From: the human T2T-CHM13v2.0 reference genome, Homo sapiens
Direction: 5' to 3' (one strand)
DNA length: 64,000 bases
Assembly (NCBI RefSeq): GCF_009914755.1
Contig: NC_060926.1
A program made the position numbers and the translations under genes. Numbering within the stretch: position 1 is the stretch's first letter; each line of letters starts with the position of its first letter. Below are positions 1-11,685 of the stretch, piece after piece. Below the pieces are notes generated by a model that saw nothing but the letters and a program-made list of their open reading frames with translations, was not told the origin of the DNA and ran no database searches.

Positions 1-719
1 TTTTACATGGGGCAATAAAGGCAAGAGTTTATGAATACTCCATACTACACTAGGTAGCACCCCCTATTAAAGACAAACTCTTCTCTCTCATTTCCCTTCC
101 TTTCCGGAACCACTTGGTTGAATCTCTACAAGTCTCTATTGCAACTGCCTCAACATGGCACCCTCCCTGCATCTCCATCTTCCCTGTCCTGAGAGCAATG
201 GCCTGCTGCCCCCACACTCACATCCTCATTCATTCCAGAAGTGAGCACCACAGAAGTGCCTACAGTTACCCCAACCACCTTCTTAGAAGATAAGTTAGTG
301 TTTGTTTTGACTTTTTAAAATTTTTACTTCCTCTTTTCCTTCACAATCTCATCCCATCCCAAGAGGTTTATCAAGAAGTTCTCTAAAGATATGTGTCTCC
401 TTATTGGGAATTTAACAGAAATCAGGGATTTGTATTCTAGCCATCAAGGGAATAACATTTTTCCAGGTCTTTAGACAAATAATGGAATACCTTGCAGTAA
501 TTAGATACACTATTGTAGAAAAGTATTGATGAAATGGAACGATGTTTGAGATATCATATTGAGTAGAAAAGGCAAGATACATTAAGTAGGAAATGTATCT
601 TACAAAATAATTTGTCAGACACACTCCTATATTTGTATGTTATATAAATGCGTATGTGAAGAAAGGCTAGAGGATGAGACCACAGTCTTCAGTGAAGTTT
701 AAGAGATGAGGCTGCAGCA

Positions 720-930
720 TGCTCAGAAAGGCCTGGGTTATAGTTCTTCCAGTAATTAAGGATGTGATCTTGGGTAAATTGCACATCCTCTCTAAACTGC
801 GCCACCTTTTGTCTGTAAAACAGGAAGGATGGTATTTACCCCCAGGGTCATCAAAGGATTTGGTTGGAGAAAAATAAATAAATGGGCTGAGCCCAGACCT
901 GGCACAGTGAGAGCACAGTGGTTGACTATT
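720..930 (+). mobile_element. MIR SINE relic
   Basis: tgtgatcttgggtaaatt...gtctgtaaaacagg...cctggcacagt resembles the MIR core. Confidence 0.6.
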
Positions 931-1620
931 GTGCTGGCCTGTTGTTCCTGTGTTATTGACATGCTGCTGGTGGTGGTCCAGAAGCTATTACCTTAATTGG
1001 TTATGTGGATTTCCCCTCATACTGAGCAGCTGTGTGTGGTGTTGTAAAACATAGCCATACACAGTAACTGACAAGGGCAAAAGTAATGGAAAAATGCAAG
1101 GAAGTGCAGATAAATAGCTAATGGGCTGTAGAAGGAAGCTAGTCCTTGGAGGGCTTGATCAAGGAAGGTCCTTTTGCATGTCACCTTTGAAGAAGAGGGG
1201 ACATAGAAGAGGTATAGTGCATCCCGGAGTGTACCTGGAAGGGAACATGAAAAGAGGACATTTTTCTCTGGGACATGGGGACTCCACTTGCATGAACTAT
1301 GGAATTGGGGCAAAGAACCATCATGAGAACAAGGGCTTCCTTGAACCTCCCAGGCTCATTGGCTGATCTAAACCCTGTGTCCCCTCTTTCCTTCACTCTC
1401 CTCTGTTTTCTATACCTGTATTATTGGACTGGACTGGAAGCCACCTGATCTATCACAAGTGCCTTGAAATGTGTTGAATAGGTGTGGCACAGTCCTTAGC
1501 AGAGTGGCACTACCCCCACAGGAATTTGTTTATACCTTTGGCATGGAAAATAGCAGGAAATGAGTGATCACTGATAACTGAGGATGCTATTTATTATTGG
1601 CCAAAGGAATACTGTGTTGT

Positions 1621-1630
1621 ATTTGCATAA
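1621..1630. promoter_or_regulatory. Octamer (ATTTGCAT) / C/EBP-like motif upstream of the putative IL37 first exon
   Basis: ATTTGCATAA is the reverse complement of the POU octamer ATGCAAAT and overlaps TTGCATAA. Motif match only. Confidence 0.35.
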
Positions 1631-1679
1631 CCACTCACAAACTGTTGATTACAAATGAGTACCAGACCTAGCTCCTTCA

Positions 1680-1762
1680 AGTAAAGGATCCTGAGAACTG
1701 AAGGCAAACAGAGCTCCAGGAGTCCAAGACAGAGCCACACACCACGAGGATCCCTGGCCCAG
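1680..1762 (+). other. IL37: Probable non-coding first exon of IL37 (5' boundary approximate)
   Basis: Good donor CAG|GTAGGT at 1762/1763. The first coding exon has its own acceptor (ctttctatctccttAG, 3475-3476), implying an upstream exon. An octamer/C-EBP-like ATTTGCATAA lies at 1621-1630. The TSS is inferred, not seen. Confidence 0.55.
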
Positions 1763-2970
1763 GTAGGTGGTCCTCCTGCGCTGGCTTTCAAGGCCAACAG
1801 GATGGATGGGGAAGTAGAGTAGCATCTGGCCATCTAGACCCTTGCTTTTTATCCCCACTGGAAGCACATCTGAATTTCTAAATATGATCTCTGAGACCTG
1901 CCCAGAACACCTTGCTCTCAGCCCCAGTAGCAGCCTGCTCTCTCCCAGGAGGGCTTCCACTAACAAGTAGGGCATTGCTGGAGGGCCAGGCAGACACTAG
2001 CTTAGGAAATCCACAAACCCTGGAAATGCTAGTCCCTTCTCTGAAGGCTCAGAAGACTGACTTTAGAGTCTAGAAAATATTGGTCCTTGGGAACAGATTT
2101 TGAGTGCAAAGAGATGGACTTCAGATGGCCAGATGCACTGCTTCTTTAGGGAATTCTGTGAAAGCTCCCTGCATTTATCTTAATACAGGCAGCAGATTTC
2201 ATGAGTACCCCCGAGGGATGGCCCCAGGTCCTCCAGCCTGTGAGCATCCTTCTGTTCTTCAGCAGCACCACAGTATCTTTATATGTCTTTGGATACCTAT
2301 GTTTCTGCCAGACATCTCTTGCTCTGATGTTCTGGCTGCCAAATTCTCTGTCAAGCGCCTCCAATTTTTTGTGTCCTTTGATTTACCCCAACATGACAAA
2401 GGCAGTTGTGCTTCATGTATTCAGGGATACTGCCAAACCACAAACAGGTTAAAATCAAATAGCAGATATCCCTGTTCCTAAAGACCCATCAGCTCTACCC
2501 ACCTGCTCCTGCTCACTGTCCTTATTGTTGAGTCCTGAAGCCCTTCCTTGTCATTTTTATTTTTTGCATGAACAATTTAGTTCCCTTTGTCTCACTCCTA
2601 AACCTTTCTCAAAGGATTGGATTTGTACACAAACTGCCTATCTCTGCAATCTTAGAAGTGATATGATTCTGAACAAATCACTTAACTTTTGATTTTTTAT
2701 CGGTAAGATGGGAATACCAATTTTTGCTCCACTTCTGTCCTATGTTGGCCTGGGCTGATGTCGAAAGCTCTCGGTCAACTGAGATAGGGTGTGCAGAATT
2801 TATATATATAAATATATCTCCTCCAACCCCTCCCAATGAAGCAAGTCACGTGAGTCAATCCTACCCTAAGATATTAGGGATTGAGCCTCCTGGGACATTT
2901 GGTGGCTTAGGTTTTCATGAAAAGAGGTTGCAGAGCAACTGCTTTTTGTTAGGCAAAGATTAGGCTACTG

Positions 2971-3190
2971 CAGAGACTCAGCAAACTTCTATAGAAGGTG
3001 TCAGATGGTAAGTATTTTAGGCTTTGCTTGCCAGATGATCTCTCAACTAGTTAACCATGCTATTGTAGCCTCGAAGCAGCCAGAGACAATATGTAAACAA
3101 GAGCATGGCTGTGTTTCAATAAAACTTTATTTAAAAAAACAGTCAGGGACCGGATTTGGCCAAAGGCCATAGTGTGCCAGCCCCAAGACT
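2971..3190. mobile_element. MER58-type hAT-Charlie MITE
   Basis: cagcaaactt...gcatggctgtgtttcaataaaactttatt...ggatttggcc...tagtgtgccagccc resembles MER58A. Confidence 0.7.
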
Positions 3191-3526
3191 AGAGCAATGC
3201 ACTTTTAACTTTTTTATTTTATTTTTGTAAAATGCCAAGATCCACAAAAATGCTATTGCACCCCGTGTGTTAGCACTGTGACTCAAGGTTTGGGAAATTC
3301 TGCTTTGAAGGTGTGATAGACAGGAGAGCATGGTCTGGCCCCTTGGTGCCTATCTGGTTGCAGCGAGCATTTCTAACTACAGAGCAAGGCCAGTGGTCTG
3401 TTCAGCACTAGGGACATCCAGCAAGGTGTCCTGGGGTGAGAAGATGCCATAACTGGTCCCCTTTCTATCTCCTTAGGTCTTGGACTTCATTCCATTTTCT
3501 GTTGAGTAATAAACTCAACGTTGAAA

Positions 3527-3608
3527 ATGTCCTTTGTGGGGGAGAACTCAGGAGTGAAAATGGGCTCTGAGGACTGGGAAAAAGATGAACCCCAGTGCTG
3601 CTTAGAAG
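3527..3608 (+). CDS. IL37: Interleukin-37, first coding exon of isoform b (aa 1-27, propeptide with caspase-1 site D20/E21)
   Basis: ATG at 3527 translates MSFVGENSGVKMGSEDWEKDEPQCCLE. Donor G|GTAAGG at 3608/3609; exon acceptor at 3476/3477. Confidence 0.97.
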
Positions 3609-4306
3609 GTAAGGTTCTTGTAGAAATCTACCTCAGGGCCAAAGTGTTAATTCCTAGAGCAGAACTTTGCTAGGTGCTGTGCACAGACCCAGTTGTTTCC
3701 TGCTGACTTGCACAGTAAGTGAGCTTTCAAATTTCCCTGGACAAATAACTAGACAAGAGAAATTCTGGAAGGGAAAAGGAAGCTTTGCTTCAGTGTCCAG
3801 GCACATCAGGTAGTAGATAAAAGGATCATCCTCACCTACAGATTTGGGGCTTTAGCATCCTGTTTGCCAACTGGATGGTTGCATATCCTTCAAAATGCAC
3901 CTCTTCCCTCCCAACCTTCCCAAGTGGAAGAGAAGCCTCTGATGAGAAGCGACTCTCTAAGGCTGGGCTGAACAAATGACCCAGGCACAGGGCATCTGAG
4001 TATTCCATGAGGAACACATTTGGGTGTTGCCCATGGGGGACAATAGGAGGAGGCTTTTGACCCAAATGATTGTTTACTGAGGTGTGACGGGAGAGGCCTG
4101 TGACATGCCAGAGGCCAAACCCGTGATCCAGTTCACCTCTATTCTATGTTTCTGAAGAGGGAAGCTATGATTTAATGTCATTACTATCATGCTGCTCTAG
4201 TATTTCTCAGCACATACACAGAAGAGGGAATTAAATGGTCTTTGATACCCCTAAATCCTTGGAAAATCCGAATTGCATATGCTAACCTCACTGCGTCTGA
4301 CTGCAG

Positions 4307-4369
4307 ACCCGGCTGGAAGCCCCCTGGAACCAGGCCCAAGCCTCCCCACCATGAATTTTGTTCACACAA
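4307..4369 (+). CDS. IL37: Interleukin-37 second coding exon (aa 28-49)
   Basis: ctgcAG| acceptor; reads (D)PAGSPLEPGPSLPTMNFVHT(S); donor A|GTAAGG; 63 nt, phase 1-1. Carries G31 and T42. Confidence 0.97.
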
Positions 4370-5306
4370 GTAAGGCCTCGGGGTGAGGTGATGGGGGTGG
4401 CTGAGGTGCGAGGGTGGGGATGGGGGATGGAGCCATTGGGTCCTCTTACAGGGTGGGAGAATTGTAGAATGGGGACACCTAAGGGTGCTGGATGGGGCTG
4501 AAGTCTTTCCTTTGTGGAAGCAAATCCCATTAGGAGATAACTCTGGGAAAGATGAGCCCGGGGAGGGGCAGGTGATGCTCACCTGCTAAGAGGCACAGGG
4601 CAAGGAAGAGTTTGTGCCTGGGAACCTTCCAGGTGCCTCTTCTGACCATAGCCAAGAGACTGGAGACACAGACCTCCTCCCAGCACTGAGGACAAACAGC
4701 CATGGGGCCAGTGGGGGTGCAGGGACACCCACACCACTAAGGGCTCAGGGCGGCGCCTTCAGAGCCTGAACCTTCCTCTCATGCTGCCATTTGAACACCA
4801 CAACACCCTAATAGGAAACTGTTAACATTGCCACTGTTCAGGTGTGGAAACCGAGACAGACAGTGGAGATTCCCTGCCCTAGGTGACACAGGTAATAAGT
4901 GACAGATGTGGAAATTTAAAGGTACTATAACGTCTGTCTGCCTGACTCAGGCTTAAGGCTCCCATCACCTCCTCTTCTCAGGACAGAGTCAGGAGGCCTC
5001 AGCCTGAGCCCCAGCTCTAGTGCAGGTTCATGTGGGAATACTGAGCCTCACTAGTACAATGGCAGAGAGGACCAAATGGGACCAGGTGTGTAAGGGTGCC
5101 TGGCACAGTTGGGGGAGGCTGCTGTCACTTCTCCACCGCTGCTGCTGCAGTTACCTTTGATGTTTTAGTTTTGTTGTAGTTACACCATTGCTGGCTTTGG
5201 ATCTGCACTGTGTCCACTCCAGGTGGAACCACGCACACAAGCCTCTCTGTCGGGCCTGTCCTGACTTCTCCTTGTCAGGGCTGGGATCTCCTTCAAATCT
5301 GGCGGA

Positions 5307-5492
5307 AGTGGTTCTCCAAGTCTGGTCCTCAAACGTCAGCAGCATCAGCGCCTAGAAGTGTTAGGAATACAGATTCCCAGGCCCCACCACAGACCTCCTG
5401 CCTCAGAAACTCAGGGGGCTGAGGCTCTAGGGGCTGCTTTAACAAGCCTTCCAGGTTATCGTGACGCACCTTGAAAGTCTGAGAGCTACTGC
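5307..5492. mobile_element. MER5A hAT-Charlie MITE in IL37 intron
   Basis: agtggttctc...cagcagcatcagc...cagattcccaggccccacc...tttaacaagcc...tgagagctactg. Confidence 0.7.
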
Positions 5493-5707
5493 CCTACAGA
5501 AAGTTGCTAGTGCCCTAAAGCTGGCGCTGGCACTGATGTTACTGCTGCTGTTGGAGTACAACTTCCCTATAGAAAACAACTGCCAGCACCTTAAGACCAC
5601 TCGTACCTTCAGAGTGGCCTTGAGAAAGATTTGGGGTCAAGGATCATGAGCGAGAACACCACTTAAGAGGATAGTGAACTAGTCTGCATGTGAGACGCTG
5701 AGATCCT

Positions 5708-5774
5708 ATGTCAGGCTGTGATAGGAGGGAAACAGAAACCAAAGGAAAGAACAGCTTTAAGAAGCGCTTAAGAG
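5708..5774 (+). CDS. IL37: IL-37a/d-specific alternative first coding exon (basic, NLS-like)
   Basis: ATG at 5708 gives MSGCDRRETETKGKNSFKKRLR(G), the IL-37a N-terminus. Donor G|GTACAA is phase 1, compatible with the exon at 7647. Confidence 0.92.
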
Positions 5775-7646
5775 GTACAAAGTAAAATGATGGTGCTAGA
5801 AAAGTAGCTTCTTAAAAAGAGCATTTTTCAGTCTCACCCTGGACTAACTGAATGAGAATCTCAGGAGTGTGAGGCCCAGGTATCCATGGTCTTAAAATGC
5901 CACCCGCCAGGTGATTCCCAGTGTGCACCAGGGGTGAGAGTCACAGCCTTAGGCCATGCCACTCAAAGGGTGTCTTCAGACCAGCAGCACCCACAGCTCT
6001 GGGAGTGCATCAGAAAGACAGAGGCTTGGCACCACCCACACCTACTGAACCATAGTTTGCAGGTGATTTCTTGCACATTAAAGTGTGGGAAATGGAAAAG
6101 CTTAGAGTTCAGCTAGCTCGGTGACTCTCAGTCAACCTGCACCTGCTCCATGAACTCAGACTGCCTGGGATGGGCCCAGAAAAGCTCCTGAGGAGATTCT
6201 GATGTAAGGCAGGGCTGAGAACCATGGATCTCATCTGACCCCATATCACTGGGGAGTTACTTAGGATCTTGCCTGGGGCCAGTCATCTCTTCCATAGACA
6301 CTGAGAGTGTCCACGATGCTTGGGGCACTACAGGGTGGGAGGTGGAGGATCACGGGTGAGTCAGATAGGAAGCCTGCTCCTGGGGAGCTTACAGTGCTAT
6401 AGGGCAGCGAGACAAGGATGCCAATACCTGTGTGCAGGTACCACTGACGAGTGCAGAGCGCTGCAGCACCAGAGAGGAAGCTACCCTGTGCAGAGGGGGC
6501 TGAAGAGGGCTGCAGAGAGGAGGTGGCAGGAAAGCCAGTGTTACAGGAGGAGTCCTCCCCACTCTTTGGGCATGAGGAGACCAGGAGGACATTCTACAGT
6601 GAGAAACCCAGGCAGAGGCCATGTGCTTATGGCATGGGAAAAGAATGACACCTTAGACTTATTCTCTACATTAGAATTGCCTATCACAGATACCCATATT
6701 ATAGCTTCACATGGTGTGGTGGTTACTGTGTTTTCATATTGTCACATTTGCCATTTTCCAGCCACCCACCCATTCTTGACAGTCACTGGCCCAGCCTGGG
6801 GGCCCCTGTTCTTTATCAAACAAGTGCCTGAGCTCTTTGCAGAGGTGAGGGTCACCTGTCCAATCAGAGGCCAGGAGGGAACGTTCCCTTTTAAGACCCT
6901 ACTCTAGGCAGGCCTGGCCCAAATGAGTTGCTAGGAGCCCACGCCCTAAGAACCCTCTGAGCACTGTTGTGGCTGGTCCTGCTGCTAGAAGTTGTTCCTC
7001 CAGGGCCAGGTGCAAGATTTGTGGCTTTTCAAAGGAGCCACTAAAGCTCCAGCTCAGCCTTGCACCGTGCTGGGCTCCTGGGGGCTTCCTGCCTCCAACC
7101 CTCCCAACTCTTCCATCACCGCTCCCTTAGCCTGGCCAGTGCAGGGATCTGTTCCACTCTAGGCACTGCTGAGGGAATGATGCCTCCAGTCAGAGGGTGC
7201 AAAAAAGAGAGTTAAGAAAAACAATGATTATAAAAAGTCCTTTTTATACGCCAGACATTTTCTTTGCTCAGGCTAAGTGCTACTTATTTGAGTAAGCATT
7301 TTAGTTCTCATAACTCCTCTCTCAAGTAGGTGCTGCTATTACTTTCATTTCACAGATGAGGACATTGAGGTTTGGAGAGACTTAGTAACTTGTCCTCTGT
7401 CCTACAGCAGAGCTGGGATTTGAATCTATCTGTCCAAATCTGGAACCCATTTGCTTGCACAGAAAGCTTAATTGCTTGTCCCAGCAAGATAGAAAGCCTG
7501 GGAGTGGAAGAAATATTCAGTGGCTGTGATGTCTGAGCCCACAGGCAGGGTGGAGAGCTAGGGCTGGGGCCCTTGGACGTGGGGAAGAAAGGGCTGAGTC
7601 TTCCATTTTCAATGTGAAGTGTTGATATCTGGTGATATTGATCTAG

Positions 7647-7766
7647 GTCGAAAGGTGAAGAGCTTAAACCCGAAGAAATTCAGCATTCATGACCAGGATC
7701 ACAAAGTACTGGTCCTGGACTCTGGGAATCTCATAGCAGTTCCAGATAAAAACTACATACGCCCAG
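7647..7766 (+). CDS. IL37: Interleukin-37 exon 4 (aa 49-89, start of beta-trefoil)
   Basis: tctAG| acceptor; (S)RKVKSLNPKKFSIHDQDHKVLVLDSGNLIAVPDKNYIRP(E); donor G|GTGACT; 120 nt. Confidence 0.98.
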
Positions 7767-8152
7767 GTGACTCTCAGTTTTGGCTGTGTTTTCTGCCTCC
7801 ACCTAGCAGGGGTAAGGCCTCCTGCTATGTGGGCTCAACTCCATGCTATACCATGCCCCATCTCCAGCAGGTGGTGGAAGCGGGGAGGAGAGGCCCCAGG
7901 GACTAGGGCATCAGATGAAGTGTCTCTAGCAATGACCAGATCTGAAAGTAGTCTTTCTGGAAGGGCTGGAGAAAAAGAAGGAGGCAGACACTTAGACTGG
8001 AAGAAGAGGAGGCTTAAACCGGTGTGATGGAGGGAGAAGTGGACCACAGAGTCAAGGGAGAGGGACTGTGCATCAGGCCTGAAACCCCAGCAGACAGGAG
8101 AGACCTTTCCCTGCTCTCAGAACCCACACATGTTCTGACTGTCTTTTTCCAG

Positions 8153-8295
8153 AGATCTTCTTTGCATTAGCCTCATCCTTGAGCTCAGCCTCTGCGGAGA
8201 AAGGAAGTCTGATTCTCCTGGGGGTCTCTAAAGGGGAGTTTTGTCTCTACTGTGACAAGGATAAAGGACAAAGTCATCCATCCCTTCAGCTGAAG
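8153..8295 (+). CDS. IL37: Interleukin-37 exon 5 (aa 89-136)
   Basis: ctttttccAG| acceptor; (E)IFFALASSLSSASAEKGSLILLGVSKGEFCLYCDKDKGQSHPSLQLK; donor AAG|GTGAGA. Confidence 0.98.
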
Positions 8296-9079
8296 GTGAG
8301 AGTTCTAGCTCAGTTTCCTGGGCCTTTGGCTACCCCAAAGTAAAAGGCCAAGATCCTCAATGCCTCTCACTTTCCTGCAAATTCTTATCTTGGCCAATAT
8401 AACAGGGACATCCACCTTTCTGGAAGCACCAGGCAGAAGAGCCCCATAACTTCTTCTCTGGTTCCTTGCCCCTTCTAGGGAAGGAGGAGAGACTCCTCAC
8501 AGCGGGGAGACAACAAGGAGCTGAGCACCTGTTCTCCTCTCCTGGGCTCACTGGTCCTGGCCCTGGGCGGGTGGCGGTCCCCTCCTGCTGTGGCCCTCCA
8601 TGTGGCAAGCAACACAATTGGGCCAGGACCCTGGCGTGCTGCTGTAGGGTAGGAGGGTGTGAGGGAGCACTCGGAGGGCAGTGTGTCTGCCCTGCAAATT
8701 TAGTCCTGGATGGAGCATCCTTTCACTTGAGGGGAGAAATCTTAGGAAGCTGAATTAGATACAGATCTAAGCCATATTCTCTAATTTTAAAAACTATAGA
8801 GCTGAGATTTTGGTATCCATCTGACTCTTACATCTCTCTCTCTCTCTCTCTCTCAGTTTATTTTTAATCTGGGGGACAAGAAGGCCTGGAAAAGAGGGCA
8901 TGATTGCTTATCATCCCTTAAATACCAGTACCAAGGCTGACACGTCATCTTTCCCAAGGACCATCTGCCTTCTCTCTTTTCCTCCTCTCCTGTGTAAAGG
9001 CCTGGAGGATGAGCACATGTGCTGTGTTTTCCTCCCTCTCAAAGCCTGTGCTATCTAATTAATCCCTTTTACCTCACAG

Positions 9080-9328
9080 AAGGAGAAACTGATGAAGCTG
9101 GCTGCCCAAAAGGAATCAGCACGCCGGCCCTTCATCTTTTATAGGGCTCAGGTGGGCTCCCGGAACATGCTGGAGTCGGCGGCTCACCCCGGATGGTTCA
9201 TCTGCACCTCCTGCAATTGTAATGAGCCTGTTGGGGTGACAGATAAATTTGAGAACAGGAAACACATTGAATTTTCATTTCAACCAGTTTGCAAAGCTGA
9301 AATGAGCCCCAGTGAGGTCAGCAATTAG
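9080..9328 (+). CDS. IL37: Interleukin-37 last coding exon (aa 137-218 + stop)
   Basis: cacAG| acceptor; KEKLMKLAAQKESARRPFIFYRAQVGSRNMLESAAHPGWFICTS...SPSEVSN, then TAG. Contains the IL-1 family signature LESAAHPGWFI. The exons sum to 218 aa. Confidence 0.98.
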   Translation, partial: KEKLMKLAAQKESARRPFIFYRAQVGSRNMLESAAHPGWFICTSCNCNEPVGVTDKFENRKHIEFSFQPVCKAEMSPSEVSN

Positions 9329-9373
9329 GAAACTGCCCCATTGAACGCCTTCCTCGCTAATTTGAACTAATTG

Positions 9374-9379
9374 TATAAA
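9374..9379 (+). terminator. IL37: Variant polyadenylation signal TATAAA of IL37 (short 3' UTR)
   Basis: TATAAA 45 nt after the stop, followed by a T/GT-rich tract at ~9400-9450. No canonical AATAAA nearby. Confidence 0.5.
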
Positions 9380-10139
9380 AACACCAAACCTGCTCACTAA
9401 ACTTTCTGTCATTGGGTTTCATTTCTCATTCATGCTTTAAGGATTTGTGTTTTTAGGATATAGCAAGAAGCTTGTTTAATTACAAAGTTCTGGGTTGGAA
9501 AGAGACCGGCTTATGCTTGTGTACTGCTACCCTGAACCATCAGACATGCATGTGTGTGTCATATGCTATGATGTGGCCAGTCTGAGTGCAATACTTGCAG
9601 TGGGAAGGAGCAGCTGGGTGCATGCTGTGCTCTAGAATTAGTCTTTCCTACTGGGGTTTGGTAGATTCTGAGGGCATTGATCCTGGGGCAGAAGTGGCTG
9701 AGTCTGTGTCTAGGGTACAGTGTGCAAGAAAGAAATGTAACAGCAAGTCACAATCCAGCCAAGTGATAGTGGAAAAGGGGTAGTTAGGTCCCAGATAAGG
9801 AGCAGGGTGACTTGACCTGTGGGAAAGGCACAGAGACAAGGAATCTGGGTCAGATGACAGCCAGGAGACCAGGTGAGGAGCCAGGTACTGTCTGGGAGGC
9901 TTGTCAACAAGGGCATGGTCCTATCACTAAGCAGGGCTCAGATCCTCATAATGGGGGAGTGGAAGGCTGGCCGAACAGAAATCAGGGCCTGGAAACAGAG
10001 TGAGGGGGTGGAGACAGGAGACTGAGGCTTGGAAATTAGTTTATTAGTTTTAGCTCTTCAGTTACAAGCAATAATAATAGCTTCTAGCTTATTTAAGCAA
10101 CAAGTATACTACAAAAGGAGCTTTCTAGAAGGATATTGG

Positions 10140-10617
10140 GTATATTCATTTCTTACTGCTGCTGTAACAAATTACCACCAACTTAGTGGTTTAAACAATG
10201 CAATGTATTATCTTGCAGTTATGGAGGTCAGTCTGGAATGTGTCTCACTGGGCCAAAATCAAAGTATCAGCAGGATAGCATTGCTTTGGGAGGCTCTAGG
10301 GGAGAGTCAATTTCCTTGCCTTTTCCAGCTTCCAGAGGCCACCTGCATTCCTTGGCTAGTGGCCCACTCCCATCTTCGCTGCTTGGGTTTTTCTCACACT
10401 GCTTTGCTCTGACCCTCCTGCCTTCCTCTTTCACATATAAGAACGCTTGCAATTTACATCGGGCTCACGTCAATATCCAGGATACTCTCCCGTCTCAAAG
10501 AGGCTTAACTTTAATCACAGATGCAAAGTCCCTTTTGCTATGTCATGTAACATATATACAGGGTCTGGGGATTAGAATGTGGACATTTTCGGGGTGCCAT
10601 CATTCTGCCTATCATGT
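10140..10617 (-). mobile_element. MaLR LTR (MLT1C/D-like)
   Basis: gctgctgtaacaaattaccacc...ggaggctctaggggaga...ccagcttccagaggcc...ggggattagaatgtggacat. Confidence 0.75.
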
Positions 10618-11685
10618 GAAGTAACTTTCAAAATGGAAAGACATGCTGAAGAAAAAGTCAGGGATTTCTGGCAGGCCAGAAATGACAGAAGGCAGAAAAC
10701 GTTGGTCCCATCACTCAGATGGGTAAGAGCCAATCATGCTTTTTGTCAGTTAGCAAAAGATTGAGATTCCAAGCAAAGCATGCAACTGCCCTAGTTTGGG
10801 TCATGTGTCGACTCCTTGGTCAGTGAAGGGCAGCACACCTTGATCAATACTCCCTCCAAGACTGTATCCAACGAGGCCAGTGATGTTCCTCAAAGCAGAG
10901 CTAGAGAGCTAATCCCAGGAGAGAGGCGTGTGGGTGGTGGGCAGGAAGACAAAGCTCAGCCGTAAAGGAGTAGTAGGGACAGCACCCCAGGCATGGAGGC
11001 TCAAGTGAGATGATACCCATGGGAAAAGCTCTGATAAGGTCAGCTCCTTCTGTTTCTGATCCTGATGGTGATGGTGATCAACACCAGCCCAGTGACAAAA
11101 AAAGTACATAGTATATTTAGTAGATGTTTCCCACACAGAGAAATGGTAAATATTCAAGGCGAGGAATACTCCAAACATTTTACCTTGATCATTACACATT
11201 CCGTGCATGTAATGAGTACTTGCATGTATGCCATAAATATGTGAAATATTATGTATCACTATATAAAAGGAAAAAAAATGTGGCCAGGTGACATCCATAT
11301 TTTGGAGAGGAAGGCATGTCTTCTTCATAATATCACAAAACTATTTTCACAACAAAGACACAGCTGTTCAAATTAGTCTCTGAGCCGGGGCTGTCTCATG
11401 GCAATGAGGACTCTGGTTCCCTTACAGACTAGCAGAAAGGAGATGGGGCTTACTGACCATGGCCTTGAGGAGGCCGAACATGCAGGCCAAATGGAGACAC
11501 AGACAGCCTGGGCTTGGTCCTGCTCCATCCCCTTCCAACCTGGTGAGATATAGTGAGTCACTATGACGTGGGTCACTCATGCTTCCTGTGAGGCTCCACC
11601 AAGACAGCAAGTGCATCAACACCTTACTGAAGCACAAGGCCCTGTTTGTTGTTGACTTCATGAAAGGCATGGTTGTGGTGATCGC

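Noticed and set aside
6320-6907. Longest ORF in the track (195 aa) inside an IL37 intron
   Set aside because: TTG start, no recognisable domain, intronic.
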